Positions 7,129 to 16,554 of a stretch of 39,820 nt of DNA are shown here, in pieces. Within the stretch, counting starts at the first letter, position 1; every line of letters starts with the position of its first letter. The notes under the pieces are model-generated. The model saw only the letters and a program-made list of their open reading frames with translations, made no database searches and had not been told where the DNA came from. Source of the stretch: a virus (taxonomy: Duplodnaviria; Caudoviricetes); the IMG/VR virus record IMGVR_UViG_3300005805_000189, positions 1 to 39,820 of that record; one strand, 5' to 3'. The position numbers and the translations under genes were made by a program.

Positions 7129-10100
7129 ATGAAAAGCGTTGTATTTACGTTCGGAAGAATGAATCCCCCTACGACTGGGCATCAACTGCTTGTCAACAAG
7201 CTGATGGCCTACGCTAAGATACATTCAGCGATTCCTCGCATTTATTTGTCGCATTCCGTAGGCAAAAAAGATCCCATCCCATACGATAAGAAGATTTCAT
7301 TCGCTCGTCAAGCGTTTGGCGCAATCGTGCGTAAATCGAATGATAAGAATGTTATTCAAATTTTGAAGTCTCTTGAAAAAGAAGGTTTCAAAGAAATAAC
7401 GATGATGGTTGGTTCGGATCGTGTTCCTGAGTTCAAGAGACTGCTGAATGCATACAACGGTAAAGAATATAACTTCGAAAAGATCAGTATTCAGTCTGCT
7501 GGCGAACGCGATCCCGACGCGGACGACGTTTCCGGTATGTCTGCGAGTAAGATGCGCGCTCTAGCTAAAGATAATAAAGACGCAGAATTTATGCGTGGCG
7601 CGCCATCTACTCTCAAAGCACAAACAAGAAAACAAATGTATCTTGCAGTGCGCAAAGCAATGTTAGGAGAAGATGTTATGGATTACGGACACGACGAACG
7701 TTTTGTTGGCTTTATTGTTGAAGCTACTGATGACCAATCCGATATTGCTATTCCATCACAAGAAGAAATCGAAAGATACCTTGAGGGTGTGGATGTTGAA
7801 GATTTAGATCTAGCCGACGAAGATGTTCTCATGTACGAAGTCATTATGGACATCGAAGATGAACTAGAGTTAGACGAAGCTAGAGTACTGTCAATTCAAG
7901 CTAGACAAAAACTTTCGCAGCGCATGAAGAGTATGTCAAAGCGTTTAGCTCGTTTGCGTGATATTAAGCGTAAGCAGATGCCAGCTCAGCAGCGCTTGCG
8001 CATGCGCGCGAGGAAGGCTGCTTTGATGATGCTTCGTCGCCGCGCAACAGGCAAGAAGGATTTGGATTATTCTTCTCTCTCAAGATCACAAAGAGTAGCC
8101 GTAGATAACGCCCTTGTTAATCGTTTTGGTAAGAGCTTGAATACAGCTGTAGATCGTATCTCGAAGCGCATTCTTCCTTCAATACGCAAGAAGGCTCAAG
8201 TGTCTGTGTCGCAGGCTCGTGACGTCAAAGAAGCATATCTATACGAAAGAGAATCAGATAAAGAGGGAAGCGCAAAGGATATCGCAACAGATAAGATTCA
8301 AGCTGCGAAGCGCGGTATTTCTGTAGCCGACTGGGAAAAGACAAAAGCGGATGCGGCGCACGACAGCCCACTCAATATCAATCCACTGAAGCTGGATACC
8401 CTTAGCATTGATCCAACGAAGAACGATCGCGATTCGCCAAATCCTAAGCAGGGTCATCTGCATCTCAATAGGAAATTGAAACACTATGCTCGTGTCGATG
8501 AAGCTCGTAAGTCTGCTTCTGGTCAGGACTCGCGCGATGCTGGCGATTCGAATATCATATATCAAATGCGCAAGACTATCAATTCTCGCGGTGAACATGA
8601 AACCGAGTTTACTGATGGGCATAAGATGCACGTTTCTATTGCTGACGCAAAGAAGCTTCTTGCTAGATACGAAACTCTTAGGCTTCCAAACGATAAGCTT
8701 CGATTCACAGTTATGGCGGCCTCGAGCATGAAGAACTTCAAGGATATTCTTGCTAACGGTCTTCCGAAAGAATCTAAGAAAAAGATATCTCTTGGTGGAA
8801 AATCTGTTAAGGAATTCTATATGGGGACAGGACGCAATCGTACTATTGCTCCATATCCACAAGATTCTGATGAGCCGCCGGGTACTCGTCGCGTTGCAGA
8901 AGCAGCTAAAGACGAAGAGCGTCCAGAAGATCCAAATCGTTCGCGTCCTCTGAGACAAAAGCTCGATTTGCTTTTGCGCCTAGGATTGGCTGATAACGAC
9001 GAGCTTCAGAAGTATCGTCGTGCGTTGCGTTCTAGTAAGAAGCAAGCACTGCAGAGTCCAGAAATGCGTGAGAAGCTGGCCGATCTTTTAGATAAGCTAA
9101 TCGACCTCACTACGCAAGATCCTGCGACATATTCTCGTGTTCGCTATCGTGTCATGACGAAAGAAGCCATTTCTCTTATAAACAAAGCTGAAAAATCTGG
9201 CATTGATGTTAACATCCTCGCAGAAGTTTTTGCTCGAGGCTTAATCGTAAATCATGACGTGAACGAAGCATTCAGCCGCGTGAACTCATTCGTTGCTGGT
9301 GGAAAAGCTGTTGAGATGGATAACGATCTGAATGAAAAGGTCGATCTTCCGCAAAAGTATCGTGCTGGATTGTCGGACAAAACTGCAGCAGCTAGGAAGG
9401 CTCACTTTGATAGGGCTGATAAGTTGTCCGACAGCGATCCTCGCGCATACGAGCCGGCTCCAGGTGATGCTACTGCAAAAACTAAACTATCTAAGCATAC
9501 TATAAAATTTAAGAAGATGTACGGAGAAGGAACTATTGACGAAAGCTCAGAAACTGGTTTAGCTGCAAAGGCTAAGAAGTCTGGTATTTCTATCGGGACG
9601 CTGCGCAAAGTTTACAATCGTGGCATGGCTGCGTGGAACTCTGGACATCGTCCTGGTACAACTCCGCAACAATGGGCTATGGCTCGCGTAAATTCTTACA
9701 TCGGTAAAGGTAAGGGAACTTATCATGGAGCCGATAAAGATTTGCGCGAAGATTCTGTTGATGAAGCTTGCTGGGATACGCATAAGCAAGTAGGAATGAA
9801 GAAGAAAGGGAATCGTATGGTTCCTAACTGTGTTCCGAAAGAAGAACATATTAACGAAATGCCAAGCGTTCGTTCTAGTTCTAAAGGTAATCTGAAAGGT
9901 CGTTTATACGATCCTAACAAATTTTACCATCAGACCGGATATAGATTAAAGAGTTATCGTAAGCCTGGAGAAACGTCTAAGGCTCAGGATAAACAAACAT
10001 TAGATACACTAATGAAAGACTTTAAGGGTAAGGTAAGCGTTCTTCCACCAGGGAAAAAGACTGCAAAGTCCATGATTCGCCCAAGAGACTATATGAAACC

Positions 10101-10872
10101 CAATCTTGCTTCGCGCGTCACTGAGCAAATGTCAGCCCATAAACATCCTACAGGTAAAGTTCCTTATGTTGATATTCCTAATAAGGAAATTCGCGACAGG
10201 CTTTCAAAATCTGTCAAGTCGGCGAGCGAATCTACTATTAATGAAATACAGCGTAGAGCCGATGTTAAGATAGTTAAAGTTCGTATGCCTGATGGGACGA
10301 CGAAGTTCCGTAAAGAAAGAACAACGACAAGCGTTCAGGACGAATCATACACCGGATCAGAGCCTACTTCATCTAATCCGAATGATCCAACAAATCGTTT
10401 AGTTGGTACTGATGCGATTCGTAAAAATTATGAGAATGCTACACCAGGACAAGGTTCTAACACAAAAAAAAAGATAGTAGGTTTTCGTGAACATAATAGT
10501 TTGGATGAATCATTTTCTGCTGGATTTGAACTCGCTCCACTAGCTCATGATTATGGTATTGCTTTTGAGTCTGGATTTAAATATCATCCATCTGTGCAAG
10601 AACAATTAGATGATATTGAAGAAGCTACATATAAGGGGAAAACTGTTCCTCTTAATAAACCTATGTCTGGAGATGTTAAGAAGTCTAAAGTATATGTTGA
10701 TCCAGATGGCGATGGTAAAGCTCAAAAAGTAAATTTTGGTGATAAGACATTAAGTATTAAAAAAGGAATTCCTGCGCGCAAGAAATCATACTGTGCTCGT
10801 TCTAGCGGACAGGGTAATCTAACTGATAAAACTAAAGCCAATTATTGGTCACGTAGAGCATGGAATTGTTAA
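7129..10872 (+). CDS. large multidomain protein: N-terminal HIGH-family nucleotidyltransferase ('cytidyltransferase') fused to many small basic modules; probable capsid-internal polyprotein
   Basis: FTFGRMNPPTTGH, VGSDRV, SAGERDPD, MSASKMR. Two copies of a KAxKSGI..L..V..RG..RVNS module. GAGGAG RBS before ATG 7129. Confidence 0.85.
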   Translation: MKSVVFTFGRMNPPTTGHQLLVNKLMAYAKIHSAIPRIYLSHSVGKKDPIPYDKKISFARQAFGAIVRKSNDKNVIQILKSLEKEGFKEITMMVGSDRVPEFKRLLNAYNGKEYNFEKISIQSAGERDPDADDVSGMSASKMRALAKDNKDAEFMRGAPSTLKAQTRKQMYLAVRKAMLGEDVMDYGHDERFVGFIVEATDDQSDIAIPSQEEIERYLEGVDVEDLDLADEDVLMYEVIMDIEDELELDEARVLSIQARQKLSQRMKSMSKRLARLRDIKRKQMPAQQRLRMRARKAALMMLRRRATGKKDLDYSSLSRSQRVAVDNALVNRFGKSLNTAVDRISKRILPSIRKKAQVSVSQARDVKEAYLYERESDKEGSAKDIATDKIQAAKRGISVADWEKTKADAAHDSPLNINPLKLDTLSIDPTKNDRDSPNPKQGHLHLNRKLKHYARVDEARKSASGQDSRDAGDSNIIYQMRKTINSRGEHETEFTDGHKMHVSIADAKKLLARYETLRLPNDKLRFTVMAASSMKNFKDILANGLPKESKKKISLGGKSVKEFYMGTGRNRTIAPYPQDSDEPPGTRRVAEAAKDEERPEDPNRSRPLRQKLDLLLRLGLADNDELQKYRRALRSSKKQALQSPEMREKLADLLDKLIDLTTQDPATYSRVRYRVMTKEAISLINKAEKSGIDVNILAEVFARGLIVNHDVNEAFSRVNSFVAGGKAVEMDNDLNEKVDLPQKYRAGLSDKTAAARKAHFDRADKLSDSDPRAYEPAPGDATAKTKLSKHTIKFKKMYGEGTIDESSETGLAAKAKKSGISIGTLRKVYNRGMAAWNSGHRPGTTPQQWAMARVNSYIGKGKGTYHGADKDLREDSVDEACWDTHKQVGMKKKGNRMVPNCVPKEEHINEMPSVRSSSKGNLKGRLYDPNKFYHQTGYRLKSYRKPGETSKAQDKQTLDTLMKDFKGKVSVLPPGKKTAKSMIRPRDYMKPNLASRVTEQMSAHKHPTGKVPYVDIPNKEIRDRLSKSVKSASESTINEIQRRADVKIVKVRMPDGTTKFRKERTTTSVQDESYTGSEPTSSNPNDPTNRLVGTDAIRKNYENATPGQGSNTKKKIVGFREHNSLDESFSAGFELAPLAHDYGIAFESGFKYHPSVQEQLDDIEEATYKGKTVPLNKPMSGDVKKSKVYVDPDGDGKAQKVNFGDKTLSIKKGIPARKKSYCARSSGQGNLTDKTKANYWSRRAWNC

Positions 10873-10884
10873 GGAGAAAATGAA

Positions 10885-11091
10885 ATGGATGTTATTGTAA
10901 CCGTTATTATTATTGCTGCTCTTGGTTATGCTGCTTGGAAATTTTGGCCAAAGGCTGATGTAAACAAAGACGGAAAAGTTGACGCAGATGACGCAGTTGA
11001 AGTAGTAAAGAAAACTACAACGAGAGCTAAGAAAGTTGTAGACAAGAACGCAACTAAGATTGCGTCTAGATCAAAGAAGGTCGAGAAGTAA
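10885..11091 (+). CDS. small membrane protein with EF-hand-like loop
   Basis: N-terminal TM segment, DVNKDGKVDADD, AGGAG RBS. Confidence 0.75.
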   Translation: MDVIVTVIIIAALGYAAWKFWPKADVNKDGKVDADDAVEVVKKTTTRAKKVVDKNATKIASRSKKVEK

Positions 11092-11092
11092 T

Positions 11093-11533
11093 ATGGAAGA
11101 GTTAGTAGAAGCACTTAAAAAAGTACAAGCGACTAGTTTTTCGTTTTATTTAAAAGCGCATAACTATCACTGGAATGTTGAAGGGTCTAGCTTTTCAGAA
11201 TATCATACCTTCTTGGGTGATCTCTACGCAGAAGTATGGGGTGCTGTTGATTTGATTGCAGAACATATTCGAGTTTTGGATGCTTATGTTCCAGGATCGC
11301 TTACACGTTTTCAGCAGCTAACTTCGATCGAAGATGAGTTGAGTGTTCCTTCTAGTCGTATGATGATGGCTAAGTTGTTTGCTGATAATCAGCGCGTCAT
11401 TAATGATCTTATGGCAGCTCATCGCATAGCTGATGCTGTCGGTAAGCGTGGGATTGTTAACTTCCTTGAAGATCGTATTGATGTTCACGAAAAGCATGCG
11501 TGGATGCTTCGTTCGTTTACTAAGGGTGAATAA
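11093..11533 (+). CDS. dps: Dps/ferritin-like protein
   Basis: KAHNYHWNVEG, H...LY, D.IAEHIR, HEKHAWMLRS. Confidence 0.92.
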   Translation: MEELVEALKKVQATSFSFYLKAHNYHWNVEGSSFSEYHTFLGDLYAEVWGAVDLIAEHIRVLDAYVPGSLTRFQQLTSIEDELSVPSSRMMMAKLFADNQRVINDLMAAHRIADAVGKRGIVNFLEDRIDVHEKHAWMLRSFTKGE

Positions 11534-12846
11534 TGGCTCAATTTAGAACTGATCAGCTTAGATATCTGAATAATGGTAACACTGTATTTGAAGTGTCGAT
11601 GAAGGCTGATCAGTATGGTGCTATCGAGCGTAATGCGGAGTTTACAAGTAAGAATCGTATAAAAGTTTCAACATACGAAACTGTATTCTTCAATACGTTT
11701 CAATACGGTAAAGAAACTGATGTATGGGACGAGTTAACGGCCAACGGTGGTTCTGCCGTTCATAACGCTAATACAAATATGGTTGATATGTCTGTATCTA
11801 GCACATTAGGTTCTAAAATTACTAGACAGTCTAAAAATGTTCAGCGTTATGTGCCGGGGCGCAATTCGACCGCAACATTTGCTGTTCGTCTTCAAACCCC
11901 TGTTACAGGTATTCGTCGTAGGTTTGGATTGTTTGAAGAAGAAAATGGATTTTTCTTCGAAGATGCTGGTGTAATCGGTGCTGATGGATTACCTGAATAT
12001 AATGTTGTTGTGCGTTCGAAGGTTACAGGTGTAGTTTTAGAAAATCGTATCCCTAGAAGTCAATGGAATGGTGATAAGTTAGATGGTGCAGGTCCAAGTA
12101 AGATTGTTGCCGACGCTACAAAACAACAAATTATTAATTTTGAATACGAGTGGTATGGCGCTGGCCAAATCGCTATAGGATTCGTAATTAATGGATTTAA
12201 TCATGTTGTACACACATTTAATCACGCCAATCTTAATGATCTTCCTTGGGCTTCTACTCCATTCTTACCTATTCGAATGGAAATTGAAAATTTAACAGGT
12301 GTTGCAGGCACTCACTACATTTATCAGGGTTCAAATAGTATAATCTCTGAGGGTGTTCCTGATATTCTAGGTATCGCAGAATCTATATTGTCGCCTATTA
12401 CGGGAACAGTTATGACTGCAGCCAACTTATGGTATCCAATTTTAAGTTTGAGATTAAAAGCTACTGCGCTTAAAGGTATCGTATTGCCAACTTCTTTTCA
12501 GGTCGTTACTGAAGATAATACTACGATTTACTATAAAGTTTGTCGTAACACAGTTATCGGTACTGGTGGTTCTGCGTGGACTAATCATCCTTCAGTTGAT
12601 GCGTTTACTCAATATCAAACATACACTTCACCAAGCGCAATATCAGAAGTTAATAATGGTATAGCCATAATATCAGGATTTGTTTCGGCTGGTAGTGCTG
12701 CGGTCATTGATCTTAATGCAGACGCTGCTAATCAGATCGGTAGAAGTTCGCTGGGTACAGTCAGCGACACAATAACTATTTTGTGCGCTAGTAGCGGTAC
12801 AAATAAAGAAGTCATTGCTGCGCTCACTTGGATCGAACAGAGATAA
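11533..12846 (+). CDS. putative virion structural protein (beta-rich)
   Basis: 437-aa ORF in the late block; QSQWNGDKLDG-like and EYEWYGAG motifs typical of T4-like virion proteins (here RSQWNGDKLDG). Confidence 0.65.
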   Translation: MAQFRTDQLRYLNNGNTVFEVSMKADQYGAIERNAEFTSKNRIKVSTYETVFFNTFQYGKETDVWDELTANGGSAVHNANTNMVDMSVSSTLGSKITRQSKNVQRYVPGRNSTATFAVRLQTPVTGIRRRFGLFEEENGFFFEDAGVIGADGLPEYNVVVRSKVTGVVLENRIPRSQWNGDKLDGAGPSKIVADATKQQIINFEYEWYGAGQIAIGFVINGFNHVVHTFNHANLNDLPWASTPFLPIRMEIENLTGVAGTHYIYQGSNSIISEGVPDILGIAESILSPITGTVMTAANLWYPILSLRLKATALKGIVLPTSFQVVTEDNTTIYYKVCRNTVIGTGGSAWTNHPSVDAFTQYQTYTSPSAISEVNNGIAIISGFVSAGSAAVIDLNADAANQIGRSSLGTVSDTITILCASSGTNKEVIAALTWIEQR

Positions 12847-12855
12847 GGGGAACAA

Positions 12856-13122
12856 ATGTCATATCGTACGTTAGAAAACACTATTCGAGATGCCGCTCAA
12901 TCGAAGACCAAAGATAAAGAAGTCAAGCTTCGTGAAGAAGTTGACGACGAAGGCAATATGGCTAAGGGCGAGCTTCGCATGATCGCTTCTCGCGCGCAGG
13001 AAATCATTTCTATGCTTGACGACAATTCTCAGCTTGAGGGTTGGGTACAGAGCAAGATCACTAAGGCTGAAGATTATATTAACTCAGTTTATGACTATAT
13101 GAAAGGTCAGAAGGGAAACTAA
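12856..13122 (+). CDS. hypothetical head-associated protein
   Basis: D.EGNMAKGEL...LEGWVQSKITKA.DY module; RBS present. Confidence 0.7.
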   Translation: MSYRTLENTIRDAAQSKTKDKEVKLREEVDDEGNMAKGELRMIASRAQEIISMLDDNSQLEGWVQSKITKAEDYINSVYDYMKGQKGN

Positions 13123-13123
13123 C

Positions 13124-14467
13124 ATGTCAATCAATCAAAAACATTTTGGCCTCAGCGATTCGCTGGTGAACGCAGTAAACGAAGCTCTCCATCCTAATCA
13201 AAAGAAGCTAGACGTAGCAGAGCCAAAGGGTAAACTTGACGCTGCAGATTTCAAGAAGCTGCGCGGCGAAGGTGCGAAGCCAGATTTCCTTGATCTCGAT
13301 AAGGACGGCAATAAGAAAGAGCCTATGAAGAAGGCTTCAAAAGAAATCAAAGAAGATGATGCTCATTTTGCGCAGCAGTCTAAGAAGATGCAGGATGCTA
13401 TCAATCTTCATCTTCGTAAGGGTAAGTCATATGCAGACGCAGTGAAAGCAGCTAAGGTGCATGTAAAAGAAGAAGCTGAAATCGAAGAAGGTTTCGTTGT
13501 TCGTTACAATAATCCTAAGTCTGAAAAGCATGGTAGCGAAAAACATTTCGATGATCAAGTAGCTGCTAAAAAACATGCTGCTCGTGGTAATCTTATAGAT
13601 AAAGTTGGTGGTAAGTATACTGTCCATAAAACTAATGAAAAAGGTCATGATGTGAAAGAAGAAGCTCTTGATGAGAAAGCCGTTTCTCAGGCTCAACAGA
13701 AAGCTGCTGGGGCTGCTCTTGCTACTCAGCGCGGTGAGTATGCTGGCGGTAAGAAGGGCGGAGCTGTAAATCGTATGGCTCTCATGAAAGCTGCAGAACT
13801 TCGCAAGATCGCTGCTACCAAGCGCACGGGTCTTCCTATGCGCAAAGAAGAAACTGAGCAGGTTGATGAACTCTCGAAGAACACACTATACAGCTATGGA
13901 CACAAAGCTGATAAACAAATCGTAAGAACAAATGTTATGGGTGTTGCTAAGAGAACTGGCGGGGTTGGTGTGAATAGAGGCGCGCTTAAACTTAAGAATA
14001 GAAAAGCTGGATCAGAATTAGCCTTCAAAAAAGCTCAGAAAGCTCAGGAAGAAGTCGAAGTCACCGAAGCTGATGATGCAGTATCAAAGCAAATTGCTGC
14101 TAAGAAAGATGCTATGAAGAAGCAGATTCAGCAAAAGATTGCTCAGAAGCAAATGAATGTGTTACAGCAAAAAGCTCAAAAGAAAATACAAACGATTAAA
14201 GCTGGAACAGAAAAGTGTTCATGTGATTCTACTAATGAATCAAAAATGAAGTGCGAAGTTCATGGCGGAAATATGAACGGGATTAAGGGCGGTAAAGAAG
14301 CGATTGTAGTCAATCCGCCACTGCGCGAAGCTGAAGATCTTCCAAAGAAGGTAATCACAAAGGGTCACGAAATCGCCAAGTCGCTGATTAAGAATCGTGC
14401 GAAGGTTCGCGAACCATACGCCGTTGGTATGGCCACAGCTAAGAAATCAGCTGGCATTAAAGACTAA
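13124..14467 (+). CDS. Lys/Glu-rich probable internal head (prohead core-like) polyprotein
   Basis: Repeated (L/V/I)xE sites (VNE, IKE, IEE, LDE, VDE, VTE, LRE) separating short basic modules; DLDKDGNKKE loop. Confidence 0.7.
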   Translation: MSINQKHFGLSDSLVNAVNEALHPNQKKLDVAEPKGKLDAADFKKLRGEGAKPDFLDLDKDGNKKEPMKKASKEIKEDDAHFAQQSKKMQDAINLHLRKGKSYADAVKAAKVHVKEEAEIEEGFVVRYNNPKSEKHGSEKHFDDQVAAKKHAARGNLIDKVGGKYTVHKTNEKGHDVKEEALDEKAVSQAQQKAAGAALATQRGEYAGGKKGGAVNRMALMKAAELRKIAATKRTGLPMRKEETEQVDELSKNTLYSYGHKADKQIVRTNVMGVAKRTGGVGVNRGALKLKNRKAGSELAFKKAQKAQEEVEVTEADDAVSKQIAAKKDAMKKQIQQKIAQKQMNVLQQKAQKKIQTIKAGTEKCSCDSTNESKMKCEVHGGNMNGIKGGKEAIVVNPPLREAEDLPKKVITKGHEIAKSLIKNRAKVREPYAVGMATAKKSAGIKD

Positions 14468-14470
14468 ATA
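14464..14470 (+). promoter_or_regulatory. late promoter (CTAAATA)
   Basis: Core motif upstream of the AAGGAG RBS of the 14499 ORF. Confidence 0.6.
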
Positions 14471-14498
14471 GGATAACTTAAGAAAAGGAGTGCAAATC

Positions 14499-14849
14499 AT
14501 GGCACAATGGTCAATGACGGATAATGCTAACGGCGCACCAAGTTGGGCTAATACTACGCTCAATCTTGCTAAGAACAGAAACGAGTTGTTCGGTAACACA
14601 ACAATCGGCACTTCTCGTGCCAACGTAGCACTAGGAACTTTTGGCGTAAGCACAAGCGAAATGGCTTACGGTAACACAGCCAGCACAGAATCTGATAATA
14701 TTCCACATGCTGGCTGGGTTCTTCGTACACAAGGTCAAGGCGGCCGCGCCGGTCGTGTTCATTACGAAGTTCTTGTTGCTGCTTCTTCTATCGCTAATGA
14801 TGCTGGCGGTGGTGGCGAAGCTCTCGACGATACGATTCTTCCCGAATAA
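14499..14849 (+). CDS. conserved T4-like virion structural protein
   Basis: MAQW...HAGWVLRT.G.GGRAGRV.YEVLVA motif. Confidence 0.75.
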   Translation: MAQWSMTDNANGAPSWANTTLNLAKNRNELFGNTTIGTSRANVALGTFGVSTSEMAYGNTASTESDNIPHAGWVLRTQGQGGRAGRVHYEVLVAASSIANDAGGGGEALDDTILPE

Positions 14850-14867
14850 TATATCTGGAGTCGCTAG

Positions 14868-15830
14868 ATGTCTGATAAAAAAGTATCACAACTTACAACA
14901 CTGACTAATCCGGCGGCTCCAGATCTGCTTATGATCATTGATGATCCGAACGGCACACCAGTATCAAAGAAGATATCTCTTAAAACTTTTTTTGGTGCAG
15001 TCCCTTCGAATACATCAATAAGCGGAAATTTATTACCAGGATCAAACAACACATACTCCATTGGTTCTTTGACGAATCAGTGGAGAAGCCTTTATGTTAG
15101 CAATAATACAATCTATATAGGCGGTAAATCTTTAACAATTGCAAACAATGGTGGACTTATTGTTAATGGTTCTGTCGTGGGTAATTCATCGCCTGTTACT
15201 CCTAACACGGGTGTTTTGAGATTCTCCGGAAATATTATTACTACGGCACAAACTAATACAGACGTTTATGTTAGACCAAAATCTGGCGGAAGTCTATTAC
15301 TACCTACAACTGTATTTGAAGATTTTATTACTACTTCTACAGCCGTTTGGTTTCGTGACGCGAACACGTTTGGTAAATATAGTGGCTCTGGTAATTCATC
15401 AATATATCTTGATCTAGCTTCGTTAAACAATGAAAATGGTAATTTCGTAATCAAAGGCGACGGGAGATTCAAATATAAATCGAATGATCAAGTAGCCATC
15501 GCCAATACTCTATTTGGACAAGTTATTATTCGAACTGAAAATAATGATAAATATATCAAACTTCATAATTCTTTAGAATATTTAGATGGTATTGAATTAA
15601 GAACAGATGATCATCCTATAGTTATTGGTCCAAACAATTATTATTGGACGTTTACTCCGCAAGGAAATCTGAATGTTCCTTCTACTGCTAAAATTATGTT
15701 TAATAACAACACATCAATTTCTGCAATAACTGGTCCGTTTGCGAGTGATTTGGCTGCAAATTCAGGTGGTGTTGCGTTAAAATCTCTTTACTACGACGCG
15801 TCTGGTAATATTAAAATTAGATTAACGTAA
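14868..15830 (+). CDS. putative fibre/decoration protein
   Basis: N-terminal DKKVSQL anchor, LLPGSNNTYSIGS..NQWRSLYVS fibre repeat, Asn/Gly/Thr-rich. Confidence 0.7.
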   Translation: MSDKKVSQLTTLTNPAAPDLLMIIDDPNGTPVSKKISLKTFFGAVPSNTSISGNLLPGSNNTYSIGSLTNQWRSLYVSNNTIYIGGKSLTIANNGGLIVNGSVVGNSSPVTPNTGVLRFSGNIITTAQTNTDVYVRPKSGGSLLLPTTVFEDFITTSTAVWFRDANTFGKYSGSGNSSIYLDLASLNNENGNFVIKGDGRFKYKSNDQVAIANTLFGQVIIRTENNDKYIKLHNSLEYLDGIELRTDDHPIVIGPNNYYWTFTPQGNLNVPSTAKIMFNNNTSISAITGPFASDLAANSGGVALKSLYYDASGNIKIRLT

Positions 15831-15840
15831 GGATTATTAA

Positions 15841-16221
15841 ATGGCTGATAGAAAAGTTACACAGCTACCGACGTTGACGACTACGGCTGCGCCGGATCTG
15901 TTGGTGATTGTCGATGATCCTAATGGTTCTCCTGAATCCAAAAGTATTACTGTAAAGAATTTCTTTGGTGCGATTCCATCAAACACTTCGTTTAACGGTT
16001 CTACGTTAACGGTTCGTGCGCGCACAACAACTACAGCAAACGTAAATGTAACTAAGACTCTGACTGCAAATATATTGAATGTAACACTAGGTTCTACTCC
16101 AGGATCTAACAATGCGACTGTTGTTGGTATGGCTATAGGCGAAATGCGATTCACTAATAGCCATGTCTATATCGCTGTTAATGCAACAACGATTAAGCGC
16201 ATTGCATTGAGCACATTCTGA
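15841..16221 (+). CDS. short fibre-like protein, paralogous N-terminus to the 14868 ORF
   Basis: First ~50 aa align closely with the 14868 ORF; C-terminal GEMRF..S.VYIAV...IKRIALS motif. Confidence 0.7.
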   Translation: MADRKVTQLPTLTTTAAPDLLVIVDDPNGSPESKSITVKNFFGAIPSNTSFNGSTLTVRARTTTTANVNVTKTLTANILNVTLGSTPGSNNATVVGMAIGEMRFTNSHVYIAVNATTIKRIALSTF

Positions 16222-16553
16222 TGAGCATCGAAGCATCAGGATACCTCATTGCTAAAGCAGCAGCAGCAGCCGGCGGTTTGTTCGGAGGATTAGCAATGTT
16301 CGCATTCATGAAACCGAGAAGCATCTTGGATGCAACAATTCGTGGCGGCGTATGCACTGGTAACGGAATTATATTTTCACCGATCTTATGTTCTTACATT
16401 GGATCAAATTGCTCACCAGATCATCTTTTAGCCGGCGGCGCATTTATTGGATTTATGACATGGGGTGTGCTTTCTATGACAGCACGATTTTTCATCAAGG
16501 CAGAAGCGGCCAATATTGATATCGTGGAGGCCGCTAAAGAAATTAAAAAGTGA
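16221..16553 (+). CDS. small multi-TM membrane protein (holin candidate)
   Basis: Three hydrophobic segments and a charged C-terminus; near the spanin-like genes. Confidence 0.55.
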   Translation: MSIEASGYLIAKAAAAAGGLFGGLAMFAFMKPRSILDATIRGGVCTGNGIIFSPILCSYIGSNCSPDHLLAGGAFIGFMTWGVLSMTARFFIKAEAANIDIVEAAKEIKK

Positions 16554-16554
16554 A

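Noticed and set aside
8254-9920. Minus-strand and alternate-frame ORFs inside the large nucleotidyltransferase gene (and similar shadows across the window)
   Set aside because: They lie wholly within well-supported plus-strand genes and show no motifs or RBS.
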